A program made the position numbers and the translations under genes. Under the pieces are notes generated by a model that saw only the letters and a program-made list of their open reading frames with translations, did no database searches and had not been told where the DNA came from. From the NCBI GenBank assembly GCA_001662655.1, contig KV460248.1: DNA of 64,000 bases. The stretch is one strand, 5' to 3'. Each line of letters starts with the position of its first letter. Within the stretch, counting starts at the first letter, position 1. Shown piece after piece: positions 1 to 13,645 of this stretch. This DNA comes from Pseudogymnoascus verrucosus. Lineage: Eukaryota.

Positions 1-437
1 TCGTAATATCGCCAGACTTCAGGATAAGATGGAGAATCTTCAAGACATATCGCGCGTATAGGGGGAGGTCGCGAGGAGTTTTCTCGATCAACGCCTCCAG
101 TATTTGTAAGGTTACTTGGACATTCCTATGCGATCCGGAAAATTAGCTTTGTTTATGGCTGAGGGGCAACTCTTGATCGCAACACTTTCCATCCACAGCG
201 ACCAAAAGGAGATGAAACTTACCCTATGCGCGCTCTCCAGACATCACTAGCTGTCTTGGTCTCCAGGAAAGCTCCAACTTTTTGTACCTTGCTGCGCCGT
301 GTTGTTGCGTAATATGAGAGATAGCTCAACTCGCTGGAATTTGGCTTGACGTCAACGGCGCCCTTCGTAATTCTTGGATAGCATTTCAAGACCAAAACCT
401 GATGCTTCGGGCGACATTTTTGGCTTATGGCGTGCAT
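1..437 (-). CDS. EFR3: EFR3-family plasma-membrane PI4-kinase scaffold, 5' part (runs off window start)
   Basis: ORF 219..437 MHAISQKCRPKHQVLVLKCYP...KPNSSELSYLSYYATTRRSKVQKVGAFLE matches the EFR3 N-terminus. A GTAAGT donor lies near 222 and the next exon (about 1-125) reads NVQVTLQILEALIEKTPRDLPLYARYVLKIL. Confidence 0.9.
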
Positions 438-1305
438 CTGTTCGGTGGCCTCGAGCCGCGTGGATGGGTTCGAGGTTCAGGTCCTGGCCAAGTTCCAACC
501 GGGTTGAAGATCCGAAGATAACAACAATTAGGGTGTCCTCAGGGTTCAGTTGCGATAAAGTTGGGAGATTAAATCATCGACGTCTGAAGCGATCGCAACT
601 GAGGTAGGGCGGAGACTTGCAAGCAACATCGATGGACTTTAGGCAATTGAGGGTATTCGGACAGGTAGGTGTCAGCGCGATCAGTTGACTCCTGTAATCT
701 TTGTCGTCGTCAGGCTCGTGCCTCTGGCCACTCTTTCCATCATTCCGGCTTGTTCCCCTGTCAGCCCTGGAACAAACAATTCCCGGGTCCCGTTGATCTG
801 CAACACCAAAACAAAGCCATGACCACATGCTACCAGCCGTTCCAACAATCGGTCTCTCCCGGTCTCTCCAGTGATTTATCATATTTCGCGATGAGCAGCT
901 TAAGCGCTTCGCCATGGGCCATATTTTCTAAAAATCCACGTCTTAAGATTTTATCTTCAAGTTTGTTGAGTTGTGAAGTGCCAGGTATGTGTTAATGATT
1001 TCATGTGCAATCTCCTCTATGTAAGAACTACAGTACCAAAAGGACCGAAACGCCCTCTCCAACCGCCCCGTCGCCAAACACCGTCTTATATAGCCTTCAC
1101 GACACCAATATCCAGGCCTAGGCAACCATGAACCTCAGCAAGTATGCAATATAGAAGTAATGAAAAAAGCTGCCAGGTGATGACCCTCAAACCCAAACTA
1201 ACGCCTTCATGTATCCCCCACCCCTTGCCCCCCGCCCTAGCCTGACCCCTACTTCGACCTTATCATTCATTCGTTGCAGTTTCCAAAGGTCCGTCATACA
1301 CATCA

Positions 1306-3602
1306 TCACATCCTCCTGATCGGCTGCCTAGTCCTCACAAGGAAAGGACTTGGCATCTCGTCGCGCTCCGGATCCCATGAGGCAGCTTCTCGTTGCGCCA
1401 TACGATCAGCAAAGGCGCGTTTCGACTTTGGCGAGTTCTCATCGACGATAACATTATCATTAATATCCAACTGACGACCACCAGCTCGTGCCTGCGCGAG
1501 TTCGACCAGAGTGCGCCCTTTCGGAGGCAGGTTGACCTTCATAGCCATGTTGTTCTTTATGGCGAATTTATTAAGTTCTGATGGGTCGGTGCTTGTTGCG
1601 GTTTTCCTTGTGAGGCTTGGCTTCCGGGTGGGTGATGAGCCAAGATCCGCAGCATGGAGGTTTGAGGAGGAAGGGATTTTGGAGAGGCGTCGGTTTGGTG
1701 ATGTGCTTCGCTCCTTCAAGGCGCCACTGCTTGAGGCAGGTCGGAGACCAAGATTATTGCCTTGAGTTGGCAGGGATGGCGCCGTAATTCCTCTCGCAGC
1801 TCCATTCAGATTCGACATGTTTGAGATCCGTGGCATAGGCGCTGTTCTCTGTGCTAGTAGGGCAGGGCGTGCACTCGATGGCTTAAATGGGTTCGCCGAA
1901 GATTGTCTGGTCGGCGATGGGATCGGAGGCATGTCATCCTCATCTTCAGAATCAGATGTCATCAGGGTTGCCTGCCATCTATCACGCGGGTTTCCACCTT
2001 CCGCGAAGATATTTCGGCCTGTAGCTGGCGCCTTTGCGCCTCCATTTCGACGAGGAGATAGCGACAGAGATGCGATCGACATTGGCGAAGGATCTGCCAT
2101 TTCCACATCCATTGGGGTTCCAGCAAACATTGTTTGGGCTCTGCCGAATGGTGTCCGTGTGGTTTTCTTTGTCGGTTTTATAGGCTCTGGCGAGTCTAAT
2201 GATAGATCTGTAAGATCCGTCGTCGAAGGGAAATCGAACTCTCCGCTGGTGCTGACAGACGAAGTTGGGATATCGCTTGGCATACTGGATCGTGAGAAGT
2301 CCTCAATGGTCACAGTATCGCTCGAAGCACTGGGGGTGTTTAATTTCTCTGCCACGAGAATTTCCACCCTCTCTTGCACTTCTGCTTCAAACTTCTTCTG
2401 CAGTTTCTCAACTTCTTGCTTTACAAGCCTGTCGATTTCCAATCTTGCCTTAACTTCCCATTCGCGCCTCAAAGAGGCATCGATTTCGGCCCTTACTTTC
2501 GCTTTGTCATTTTCGATCCGGCTTATCTTCTCATCAGCTTCGCGGAGCTTCTGGGCAGTAAGTTCCTCCTTGGTCTTCAGCAGTTTCCCGAGTTCCACGA
2601 CCTCCTTCTCTTTCCTCATCAGCTTCACAACCGGGAGGTTAAGAAGAGCTGCTGTGTCGGGACGCCTATCCGGGTTCACTCTCAAGCAGTCCTTGATGAC
2701 GCCCATGAGCTCCGGCGAATAAACGCTAGGGATTGGCGCGATCTTTCCTTCTTTGATCTTCTGGACCAGTTGGAAATGCGACTTTGCATTGAACGGAGGC
2801 TCTCTCGAGCAGAGCTCGTATATTATGCAGCCCAATGACCAAATGTCAGACTTCAGAGTGTATCTCTCAGCGGCGCAGATTTCCGGAGACATGTAGAACG
2901 GGGTTCCGACGTAAGTCGAAGCAAAATCGTGGGATTGCATGATCTTGGACAACCCAAAATCACCGAGCTTGACCGAATTATCATCGCCGAGAAATACTGG
3001 AAACGTTATTAGCCTGGATCCCTCAATTCCAAGGGTATGAATATCCCACCATTCTCTGGCTTCAGATCTCTATGCAAAATCATAACATTTCCCACCGGTG
3101 GGCGTGGCTTTGCAGTATTTCCAAGGCCCAAGACGTTGGACCCTACATCTGGCGGGTCGACTCCATAATGGCACCTGTATAGGGCAGTTACCAATTGTGA
3201 GAACATGCTCCACACGAACCCTTCCTCGGCGTATTGTTTCTTGGCTTGCAAATCCTTGATGACGCGACCGAGGTCACCATTTCCACAGTATTCCATGTAC
3301 AAATGCAAGTCTTGTGTCGTCTTCAGATGCTCTCGGTGGTAGTAGCCAACGATATTCGGGTGTCTGAGCGACGACAAGATGGCGAATTCAGCGTGAAGTT
3401 GCTCGCGCTCTTTCTGCGACATTCGAATATAATTAATCTCTTTCCTGCAGAGGATTTCGCCATCGTTCTTCCTTTTTACTTTTCGAATGATGCCGAATGA
3501 TCCATGGCCTGAAAATATATTGTCAGTCTTGGTCGCACGGAGTGGTCATCGGCGCAACGTACCAATCTTTTCCAACACCTCGTATTTCTCCGACTCCGAC
3601 AT
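1306..3602 (-). CDS. nimA: NimA/NEK G2-specific Ser/Thr kinase (multi-exon)
   Basis: ATG at 3602 gives MSESEKYEVLEKIG. Exons contain HRDLKPEN, DFGLSKIMQSHDFASTYVGTPFYMSPE and KSDIWSLGC, followed by a coiled coil and a Ser/Pro-rich tail ending WDPERDEMPSPF. Confidence 0.95.
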
Positions 3603-3750
3603 TTTATATGGCACGGCGGAGACAGATTAGTTGTTGTCGATTTTGAATATAATATGGCAGTCGAATAGCCATGCGCAAACTTAAATGCTGTTTGGTTAGT
3701 TCTCACGTCTTGTTCGTTCGGAGGTCTCGTCTGGTTGGAGACATCGGCTA

Positions 3751-3757
3751 GTAAACA
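3751..3757. promoter_or_regulatory. Forkhead-type motif GTAAACA in the nimA / BTB bidirectional promoter
   Basis: Exact GTAAACA about 150 bp upstream of the nimA ATG, in a 322-bp divergent intergenic region. Confidence 0.35.
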
Positions 3758-3924
3758 CCCCGTCGCTGCCCCAGCAACGCACCCTCAAACACCCTTAGTA
3801 ATACGCTCTCTAATCGATAAGACGAATCCTTGGAGGGTCCATCCCCGCCACTTCACAATTCAATTTATATCCAAGCTGCTGGTCGGCGGACGACGTTATA
3901 TATTTAAATTATATACCGTCCAGC

Positions 3925-5930
3925 ATGGTACTACGAAAGGATGAACTGGAGATCCAGCTTAAAGACGAGCATCAATTAATAAAAGAGGGCGTCCTTCGCG
4001 ATGACAGCCCTTTGGATACGAGCAATGACTTCAACCGACTATGCGATGCGTGTAGGCGGGGTGATCTTAAAGACTGCCATGAGATGATCGCGGGAGGTGT
4101 GAACATAAACGCGAGAGATATATTTGATTATACGCCATTAATTTTGGTTCGTTTTGCCACCTGAGTATGCTCGCTGCATTCTTCCCGGGATACATGCTAA
4201 TGTTGGACCAGGCAAGTCTCTGTGGCCATTACGAAGTCGTCCAGCTACTGTTAGAATCAGGAGCGCTTTGCGAGAGGGATACGTTTCAAGGCGAACGATG
4301 TCTTTACAATGCCCTCACCAATCGAATAAGGAACCTCCTGCTTCAATACGACTATTCCAAGAGCTCCGATCCCTTGCAACCCCTCGCATCCCACATCACA
4401 TCTCTCCTCACGAAACGGGTGCCAAAAACCTCAGATATTACCCTCACTTCAGGGACTGAAGACTTTCATGTCCATAAATTTATTCTATCTGCTCGATCGC
4501 CATATTTCAGGAAGAAACTATCGCTGGCTCCCGAAACAACGCAGTGGAAACTAGCGCCCGTAATTCCCGACGAGTCGTTTGAAATAGCCCTTCGATATCT
4601 GTATCTGGGAGAAGTTCCAGTGGATCTCGGACTTGGCCCAAAGAGTAGGATATCGGAAGAAGATGTGCTCAAAGGAATCGACAAAGTGGGCAAGCACTTG
4701 GAGATTGAGTCGCTTTGGGAAGGCATACTCGCAGGCGAAGATCGACGAATAGCGAGACAGCGACACCAGGACGAGGTCGCCCGAGGCCGAGATCAACTTG
4801 AGAGTTGGTATCGCGATAATGTGTTGAAGCACAAGATAATTTTAGATACGAAGAAAGCAAACAATGTTAAATGGGATCGCAACAATACTATATTTGCAGA
4901 TGTCATCCTCAGGGCAGATGTGGACCCAGAGACGGAAGCACCAACGCCCTCGGAGGATGAACGGCGCGATGCATTGCAAGGCAATGGCATTCCTATAGGT
5001 CCTTCGGCGTCTGAACCTTTGGCTTTGGCCTCTTCATCGGATAAATCAGTTCTCTTCCCGGTACATCGAGCGATACTTATCCGTTCCGAGTACTTCATGA
5101 CAATGTTCTCCTCTTCATTCCAAGAAGCACAGGTGACACCTTATCTTCAAATTATACCCGTGGATTGCTCTCCAGAGGTCCTGGAGGCTATTCTGAACTT
5201 CTTATACACCGAAAAGGCCGATTTCTCACTTGATATTGCCATAGATGTGCTTTTGGCAGCAGATATGCTCTTCATCGAAAAGCTGAAGGCAAAGGCTGCT
5301 GTTATTATCAGCACACTTGGCAATGGAGACAGAGACGTCTTGGTGGACGAGACGGCAAGCGTTAGAATTACACAGACCGAAGAGGAAACAATAAATATCT
5401 ACGATGTCATTCGAGCTGGGTGGTTGACTCGAGTGCAGCGCCTGGAAGAATTCGCGGCGCGGTATCTAGCTTATAGGCTGGAAGACTACATCGATGAAGA
5501 AGAGTTCGAGGAGCTGATCAAGGAGAGTGCGTCGAGGATTGAGAAGCGACAGGAGACTGATAGTATTGAATTACTTGATGAGTATGTCTAGTGATATACT
5601 ATTACCAACGGCCCAAGCTAACTATGATATAGTATCCGCTACTACCTCTCGGAACGCTTCCGGCTCCGCTTCGAAGGTACTGGCATGGAGGAAATGATGG
5701 ATGAGAATCGGCAAATTTCCGAAGATGCCGGAAATGATGCCGAAACCGATGGAAATGTTGTTAACGATGACAAAATACCACAGGAAAGCATGGAAAGTAT
5801 ATATGGGGCTAATATTAGAACATTAGACGGTGAGGTGGTTGGGGATGAGTTTGATTCGGATTCTATCAACTATCAAATTTTGCTGGAGAAGATAGATAAA
5901 CTACTAGAGAGGCTAAAGCTAGACGCATAG
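3925..5930 (+). CDS. Ankyrin-repeat and tandem BTB/POZ domain protein (Cul3 adaptor-like)
   Basis: Ankyrin motifs ACRRGDL...DYTPLIL|ASLCGHYEVVQLLLESGA. Two BTB motifs: FHVHKFILSARSPYF and FPVHRAILIRSEYF. Introns near 4147-4211 and 5583-5632; ends ...KLDA*. Confidence 0.9.
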
Positions 5931-7152
5931 ACGGCGCCGACTCCAACTGGGGGGTTGGGAGTAAATTATACATCAGATGAAACATAGAATATCTTTACAA
6001 AATGACTAATCCAAAGTCAATATTCATTATTTAAGTTGGAACACTATCCAATTATTTTACTTTTCATAATAAAATCACAATCTTGATTTCCATAATAAAT
6101 TCTCGTTGGTGTAGAATATTTAATCATAATTAAGTCATTAATAATAAAATAAAGTTGAAATGTATGACGGTGCCTCACCAACCTCCCAAGATGAACTCAT
6201 CCATGTCTAGCGGTGGCACTTGCAAGGAAATGGGCTCTACCGTCATCAAAAATATATGCCCGAACTTACCGGATCAGCATCTTGGCATCTCTAATGGACA
6301 ATCAGATATAGTACGTGCATGGGGAATTGATAAGAAGCCGACCTGACAATTATTCCCAAACTGAAATACCATGCGAGTTTATCATCCAAGTAAGGCCTTG
6401 CCCCAACAACAGTAGTAGAGCATGTTGTTATTGGAGCATTTCGTACCATTGAACCTTTTGGAGGAGCTGCCAAGTCAAGATGCCAGGATTCCCGATGTCA
6501 AGATACAACAAAATCCACCTTGGATGCGTTGTAGCAAAACCCTTGGATGAAGATCACCGTGGCTGGTCCAATGGCGGCAGCGCTTCTCCCCGAAGCGGAT
6601 TAACGTTGACCACGTCCCCATCTTGCCAACCGCCCGCCGAGCCCACCTAACCACTTGCACTTCATATCCAGCTCACCAAGGAACCTACCAAACCACACCG
6701 TATCTCCACGATATGGCCTCTATTCTTTCGTTAATTCCCGTGTTTGATATGCGACGGTCCAATACCAAGTACAATAATGTCATTCTCAAAAACCCTGCTT
6801 TTCTCCACTTAGTACAGTGCCGTACATGTGCATACACTTCAACAATGGGCATACTTAAAATATTAGGTATGCCCAGCCCAATAAGTTAAGCTCTTTTTAT
6901 TAACTGACAACAACGTCACTGCCCTCGTGATTGTTGCTGTCGTCTATCTATCTTCTAGATTCCGTCATATTTCCTCATTCCCTCTTACTCTCGGCCCTAT
7001 CTCACATTCTACTCTTGCCATATATGATCATATGCCTTCTTGAGCACCATTCACCGCCAGAAAGTTACGCCTTCCGCAATGGTATGAAGCTTCGAATCTT
7101 GACAATGGAATTGACATCAGTCTTCACCTTCGACTAAGAGCATTGCATAAAC

Positions 7153-10085
7153 ATGAAGGGGTTCCTCGCTCCATTGAGGCCATGGGGCGCCACAATTCTG
7201 ACTGTGGCTCTGGCCGCGACGCTGCCAGCATTGGTCCACGCAGCATCGGATGCTGGGAATTTCGTAAAAGGCACTGTAAAAGGCACTGGCTCGCGCGCGA
7301 AAACTATAATTCTGGCAAACGACCGGTATCCAGCCTTATACACTGGGAAATTTGGAGACTGCTTGGGCGGCAATTCTCAAATCGACGTTACTGGATTCGA
7401 TGCAGCCTACTACGCGGATAACATGACGGTTATGTTCCATTTGACCGGCACAACAAAGATAAAACACGATAATATCATGGGTATGGCTCAAATCCTTGCT
7501 TGAAGGTTGTTGAAAGCTAATAACTGTTTTAGCGTACATCTCTGTAGATGCTTGTATGGTGCTTCCATATGTGAATACGGGCCCAACATAACTGACTCTG
7601 GCTATAGATGGCGAGGATCGCTTTGACATGATATTTAACCCTTGCAGTGCAAATATCTACAGGCAAGTCCCCAGATTCGATAAGCTATCAGCTCCTAACT
7701 TATTGCAGCCTGTGTCCTATGAATGCAAGCACCCCAATAGCTGCAGAGGCAATAATACCAGTAACCAAGGACATGGTCTCCGGAATTCCGCCTATTGCCC
7801 TCGTCATTCCCGACTTCGAAGGCTATGCAACTCTACGATTATACTCAAATACCACCAAGACAGAAATAGGCTGTTACCAGGCTGTAATGACAAATGGCGC
7901 AACATTCTCACATCCAAAGGCTGTTGGGTCAGTGCTTGCCATATTCACTTCAGTTGCCTTGCTGGCGTCCGCAGCCACTGCTATATATGGAGTCAACGTA
8001 CCAGTTATGAGGACACACTACGCCCATTCACTCTCTGTTCTTGTGATATTTGAGTTGTTCCAATCGGTTTTTTTCTCTGGTGCGCTATCATTGCAATGGC
8101 CGAGCGTCTGCGTTGCTTGGTGGAGCAATTTCGCATGGTCAGCTGGTATGATCAATAACGCGGGCATGACAAGATCGATCAGCAATTTTCTCGGCACAGA
8201 TCAGGGGAACTCAAGCCATGTCGGTGGCGTTTCAATCGCTTCGCTCGGTAGCAACGCGCTTTCGCAGATATATGGTAAACCTGGTAAACCTCCGGGAGGC
8301 GTACCGCCCAAAGCTGGCGCCAGGACTATTATGCGCCAGGTGCTAGATCACATCATTGGTGTAAGAGATATTGTGGGCGCCAGTGCCTCACAAGACCCTG
8401 GATATAGCTGGTATGGAGGCAAATCCGGAAGTAGTCTACCACTCCCGGGCGTCTGGTCGAACTTCACCGGGGAACTGTCTGAAATCGGGATTCCAGCACC
8501 AAATGCCTTTATGACGGGATTCATATGGTTCTTGATTGCCTTAGTCATAGTCATTGGACTGATTGTTGGCTTAAAATGGATTCTTGAAGGCTTCAGCACT
8601 GTTAGATGGATCCGGAAAGACCGGTTAGATTTCTTCAGAAGCCACTGGGTTGGGTACGTCCAAATGGCGATACTACGAACTATGATGGTCGCATTCTTCA
8701 TGATGATGACATTGACTATTTATCAATTCTCGATCTCGGGTCCTGCAGGAGTCACTGCAATCGCAGCAATCGTTTTCGTTACCTTCCTCGTTGGCTTGCT
8801 TGGGATTGCCGCACATTGCTGCTTCAATCGGCTTCGTTTTGGGCGCTATGAGAGTGGATTTGATCACGTTATCATTTCCCGTAAGAAAGTGTGGAAGTTC
8901 ATACCTTGGCCTGGATTCTCATGGCACAGTAAGACAACTGATGCGGACGAAACTGCTGCTACACACATCGACTCTCCTCCGGTGTTGGGCTCCTTTCCCA
9001 TGTTTGTCGTCAGATACGTCGATGATGACCCTCTACGACCTGGTGTTCATGAAGACCCAACATTTATTAAGCGCTACGGGTGGCTTTCTGGACGGTTCAG
9101 ACGGACACGATGGTGGTTCTTCGCGCTGTGGTTTCTCTACCAGTTCGTTCGTGCCTGCTTTGTTGGCGGAGCATCCAGAAACCCCGAGGCTCAAGTCGTC
9201 GGTTTATTTGTTGTGGAGATCATAGCGATGATAATTATCGTCGCCTTAAATCCTTTCGAGGGCAATCGCAACACAGCCTTGGCCGTATATTTACTCGGCC
9301 TGAGCAAAGTTGTGACAGCTGGCCTGTCCATCGCATTTCTACCACGGTATAATATGGCCCGAATTCCTACCACCATCGTGGGATTTGTTATTGTTATTAC
9401 ACAAGGGGTTGTAGCGATCGCAACTCTCATCCTTATAGTCCTGGGCGCAATATCGAGTTATATGAGCCTCACACGAAATCGCGAAGACTTCAAGCCTCGG
9501 TGGTTAGAGGGTATTCGCTACAAATATTTTACACATCTCGAAAGGGCTGCTTTGGATATCCCACCACCGCCTCCCCCGCCTAAAGAACCCGAAAAGCCAG
9601 CAGAGCCAATAGAACCATACTTCAAGGTCAATAGCGTCCACCGCGAGCCAAAGATCGAAGATGAGCAAGCAGATATCCTAGCAGTCATGACGGATCCCAA
9701 ATCCCAGCCCATTGTCTCCGGAAGACGTGGTCGGGCAAATAGCGCTTTGGGCACATCTTCTGTGCCCGGTGGTCTCCCCTTTGGTGCTCGGGCGCACCGA
9801 GCAAGTTGGAGTTCGCAAGATTTTACCTTGTGGCAACAGGAGATGATGGCTGGGAGCTTGGGTAAGGCCGGGCATTCACGGCACAATAGTGTTAACAAGC
9901 TCAGACATTCGTCTGGGACTATGGCACCTCTGATACAGTCTCCGCAATCACTTGGTAGTTCAGATCCGATCACCACAAGCAGCAAACAGCACATTGTGAG
10001 GGGTGGTCAATGGCCTTTGACGGTTGGAGAGAGCAGCCAGGGTTCATCTGCTGAGAATCTTCAAGAAGTTACGATAAAGGAGTAG
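7153..10085 (+). CDS. TRP-like / FLC (flavin-carrier, Pkd2-like) membrane channel with N-terminal ML-like domain
   Basis: Signal peptide, then GDCLGG...FDAAYYADNMTVMFH...FNPC...SLCPMN...IPDFEG...IGCYQAVMTNG (TRP_N domain). Many TM helices and WWSNFAWSAGMI. Three short 5' introns. Confidence 0.88.
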
Positions 10086-10349
10086 ATTTTGGTTAATAGA
10101 TGTAATCCAGCATATGGAAACAATGGATATAGAGGTAGATAGGAAATGGCAAGCTAGGCTTCTGGCATTTTGGTTGTTTAGTTGTAACATATCCTCATTT
10201 ATACCAAGCCCTTGTGATATAAATTATCTTGAAATATTCCATTTGCCTTTGGCCAAGGTTGAACAGTAATTCTCAAGGGTAGGTTGCTATAAATAAAAAA
10301 ACGGGGATATCGATAAGAGAAGAGAGTCAAGCAGGAGTAAGAGGCCTCG

Positions 10350-10355
10350 ACGCGT
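10350..10355. promoter_or_regulatory. MCB element (ACGCGT) upstream of rec8
   Basis: Exact MluI box about 420 bp upstream of the rec8 ATG. Confidence 0.35.
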
Positions 10356-10772
10356 CAAGGCACCTCTATAACCTCACCTCTCTTTCCCTCTACAAGCATC
10401 ACATTTTACCTTCAACTCCTATTAACCATTACATGTCCACATTCTTTACGGTACCCTCCTTATAATTCCGAAACACGTTCATTGTAATCTCTTCGAACCC
10501 CTTTCGACCTTTTTCTATTCGATTTTGAGAGCCAAACCTTGATCCTATCTCACCACCGCTCAGGCCATGGTAGGCTGGTTGTTCTGCCACTAAAGAACTT
10601 GAAGCACAGTTCAAATTTATATGCTGTAGTACATACGATAGAGGGTTTGAACTATCTGGATTCTTGTCATTTCACATTTCACGGGGTCAACTCGAGGATC
10701 ATCCAGAAGATCTGAGAGAAAGCACTGAAACCTGGCGCATCAAGACTCGAATCTCATTGTCCGACAGCCAAA

Positions 10773-13090
10773 ATGTTCTACAGTCACGAAAGTAAGTTGT
10801 TCCAACCTTGAGATAGACTATCGATATAATATTGGATGGCTGATTTGGTGTCTAGTCTTGACGAGCCGGAAGTATGGAGTGGCCACCGTCTGGTACGTCT
10901 ATTTTCTCCCTTTCAACTGCTATCAGTACTATCACCATAGTTTAAACAGAGCAGTTATTGACATTCATTACTTCCAGGTTGGTTGGAACTCTTGGCCCAA
11001 CGTCGACGGCGTTGAAAGTCAAACGGAAGCAGATCCTCGGCGTCGATGTCAGGAAAGCATGCGAGACAATCATACAACCTGAGGCCCCGATGGCACTGAG
11101 GCTTCAGAGTAGTCTCCTGTCAGTTCATCCCTCCGAATATGAATACTATACTGACGGTCCCGAAGATACGGAGTTTCTCGAGTCTATAATCAACAGTGTG
11201 GCTACGTTCTCCATGATGCACAGACTGCCCAGAATAACATGAGGGCCCTCTTGAAGGTCATGAAGAACAATGCAATTGATCTCAATGCTGGCGCAGCACG
11301 GTAAGTACCCATACCCACTTCCTTTTTATGGTGCTAATATACGTAGCCCCGACCAGCTCATGCTCATGGACGACCCAGCATTCGAACCAGGCCTGGCTCT
11401 GCCATCTCTCCCGCCATTGGACTTCAGCATACTCGACCAAGGATTCAAGGACTCGCAGTATTCAATGCTTTCCTCATTGAAGTCATCTAACGCGTCTGGA
11501 TTTTCGAACTCCTCTCAAGCTTCTATCATCGGCTTGCAAATTCCAGCTTCGGATAGTGATATCACGGGACAATTCCAGCTCCCTGGGCGATTTCAATTAG
11601 GATCTTCTGCTCAGAAAACACCAAGCGGAGTCAATCCATTTGACGGTGATGAACCAGGCCTGTTGGATGACCTTGACTTCGAGTTCGACGCTGATGGTGC
11701 TATGGTCGAGGTGAATGCGGAAGAGCTCGAACGCCGAAGGACGGGTGTTTACCCTGCTGGAACCGGCCGTCTTCAAAGCGACTCTGCTGCCAGCGAGAGA
11801 GTTAGGCGTGACCATGAGGAGGCGCTCATTGGTCGCCCAGGCAGACTTGACGATGACGGAGATTTCATCATGCAGATGGACGACGACATGAATATTCTTC
11901 CCGACGCGGAGGCATTCCCAAAACACCAGGGAGCTAAGCTGCGTGGGGACAATGAGTCTAGCCTCGAAGAATCTTCAGTCTCAGCGGAGGTACCAATGAA
12001 GAAGAAACGGCAACGAAAGGCTCTCAAAGTCATCTCAGACGTGGATATCCGGCTTGATATTCGCAACTCTGAGCTCAGCGAGTGGCAGACGAACTATGTT
12101 CAGAACATGGCCAAGGATAAACATGCGAAGCGTATGAGAGCCATCAATAAGTATGCCGTGGCTAATGCGAGCATTTTCATCTGGGGAAATGGGATTGGAG
12201 GTATCGGCAAAATAATCCGGTATTCTGGAAATGTTCCACATCTTCTCGATATTTTCAGCGGAGACAAGTTGAAAGAACTTCTCACTGGAGTAGCGAGCAC
12301 CCTAGGCCGACGCATGAAAAGAGCCCGTTCCGCTTTCGATGAGAATGACGAAGAAGCAGCCCGCAATGTTCGCGCTCGACCCGACTTGGAGCCTCAGCTC
12401 CCACGAGCTGTTGGAGAGGATACTTTCATGCCAAATTTTGATGATGAGATGATGCCATATCCAGACGACTCAAGTGGCGTAGAGCAAGGAAGAGAGGCAT
12501 TCACGCCGCTTCAAGACCACCACTCGTCGGCCATGCCATGGAATGTGTCTGCATCTGTCAACTCGTTCCGCCATAGATCGTCTTCTGTGGTACCTGGACA
12601 AGGGCGCCATTCATCAGTTATTCCAAGCAGACCAGGATCCAGGCACCCATCTGCCAGCCCCTTACTCGGCCGTGGTAGACTTCTCAGCGACAATGACATG
12701 GAGCTTCCTGCTGGAGGCGTGAGAAGCTCATCTGTTTTTGAAAACGAAGAGCTCGAAGCCCTTGGACCATCTGCAGCCGTTGATACACAGACTGCTCAGA
12801 ACAGCCAGTGGGTGGCAGATGCGCTGGAGACCGAGTCGCTCAATTTCCTGGAGTTTGTGAAGTGCTCACATCAGGAGGCAGAGGCGGACCTGGAAGACCA
12901 GGACTCCCAAGATGGCGACGATGAACCTAGAGAGAACTGGGTCGGCTTTGAGACTTTATTCCCTCCGCAGGAAAGTTACCGCGTCGTGGCTGCTCAAGCC
13001 TTTCATCATGTCCTCAGCTTGGCAACTAAGAACTTGTTGAGAGTCACCCAGGAAGAAGGCGGGGAAGTTATGATGAGTGTGAAACAGTGA
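10773..13090 (+). CDS. rec8: Rec8/Rad21-family kleisin, probably meiotic Rec8
   Basis: Spliced N-terminus MFYSHE|ILTSRKYGVATVW|LVGTLG...MALRLQSSLL|YGVSRVY is a Rad21_Rec8_N domain. The C-terminal winged helix reads VAAQAFHHVLSLATKNLLRVTQ. Confidence 0.88.
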
Positions 13091-13645
13091 ACTGCTGACA
13101 TCACAACAGATGGATAGGGATTTTGCTATACTTGCTATACTTGCTATATAACTTGCTTGAATATGGACCAGGAAACATGACAAATTAACGTTGTACGAGG
13201 AAAGGGGAAGACGATGATAAGCATGGAGCGTTACTAATGGGATGTTGGGACTGAACTTACACACATTATTTTCGACTATTTTGCTCAAGATACCTACATA
13301 TATCTATGTTTTGTTAGATATTTGCTATCAATATACTAGCTCAGAGAATCAATGATATCCCTTTCCTAAAATGCCGCCGTTCTTGTACTACTGTATGTAG
13401 TGATGTGGGGTAGTTTTGACAAGTGCGACCCCACCAAGGCTATCCAGTCGCCAAGGAAATTTTTGTGCAAGGCTGATAAATCACCGTGTCTCACGAGGGT
13501 AGCATCGTCCACGTTTGAGTTCTGTACAACGAACTTCCTGGCCTTGGCCAGACCTGTAAAACCTATTCAATCGCCTCGTACTGTGGTATGTTTCATCATA
13601 TTCTCTCTGCTTTTGCAAAATTAACGACCATATTTGCAGCTGGAC

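Noticed and set aside
1817..2722. 301-aa plus-strand ORF, and similar long antisense ORFs over ADE4, HhH-GPD, Hsp70 and SPP
   Set aside because: These are shadow ORFs antisense to well-supported genes and carry no recognisable motifs.
5990..6155. AT-rich patch after the BTB gene
   Set aside because: Short and without terminal repeats or coding remnants; consistent with ordinary terminator or intergenic DNA.
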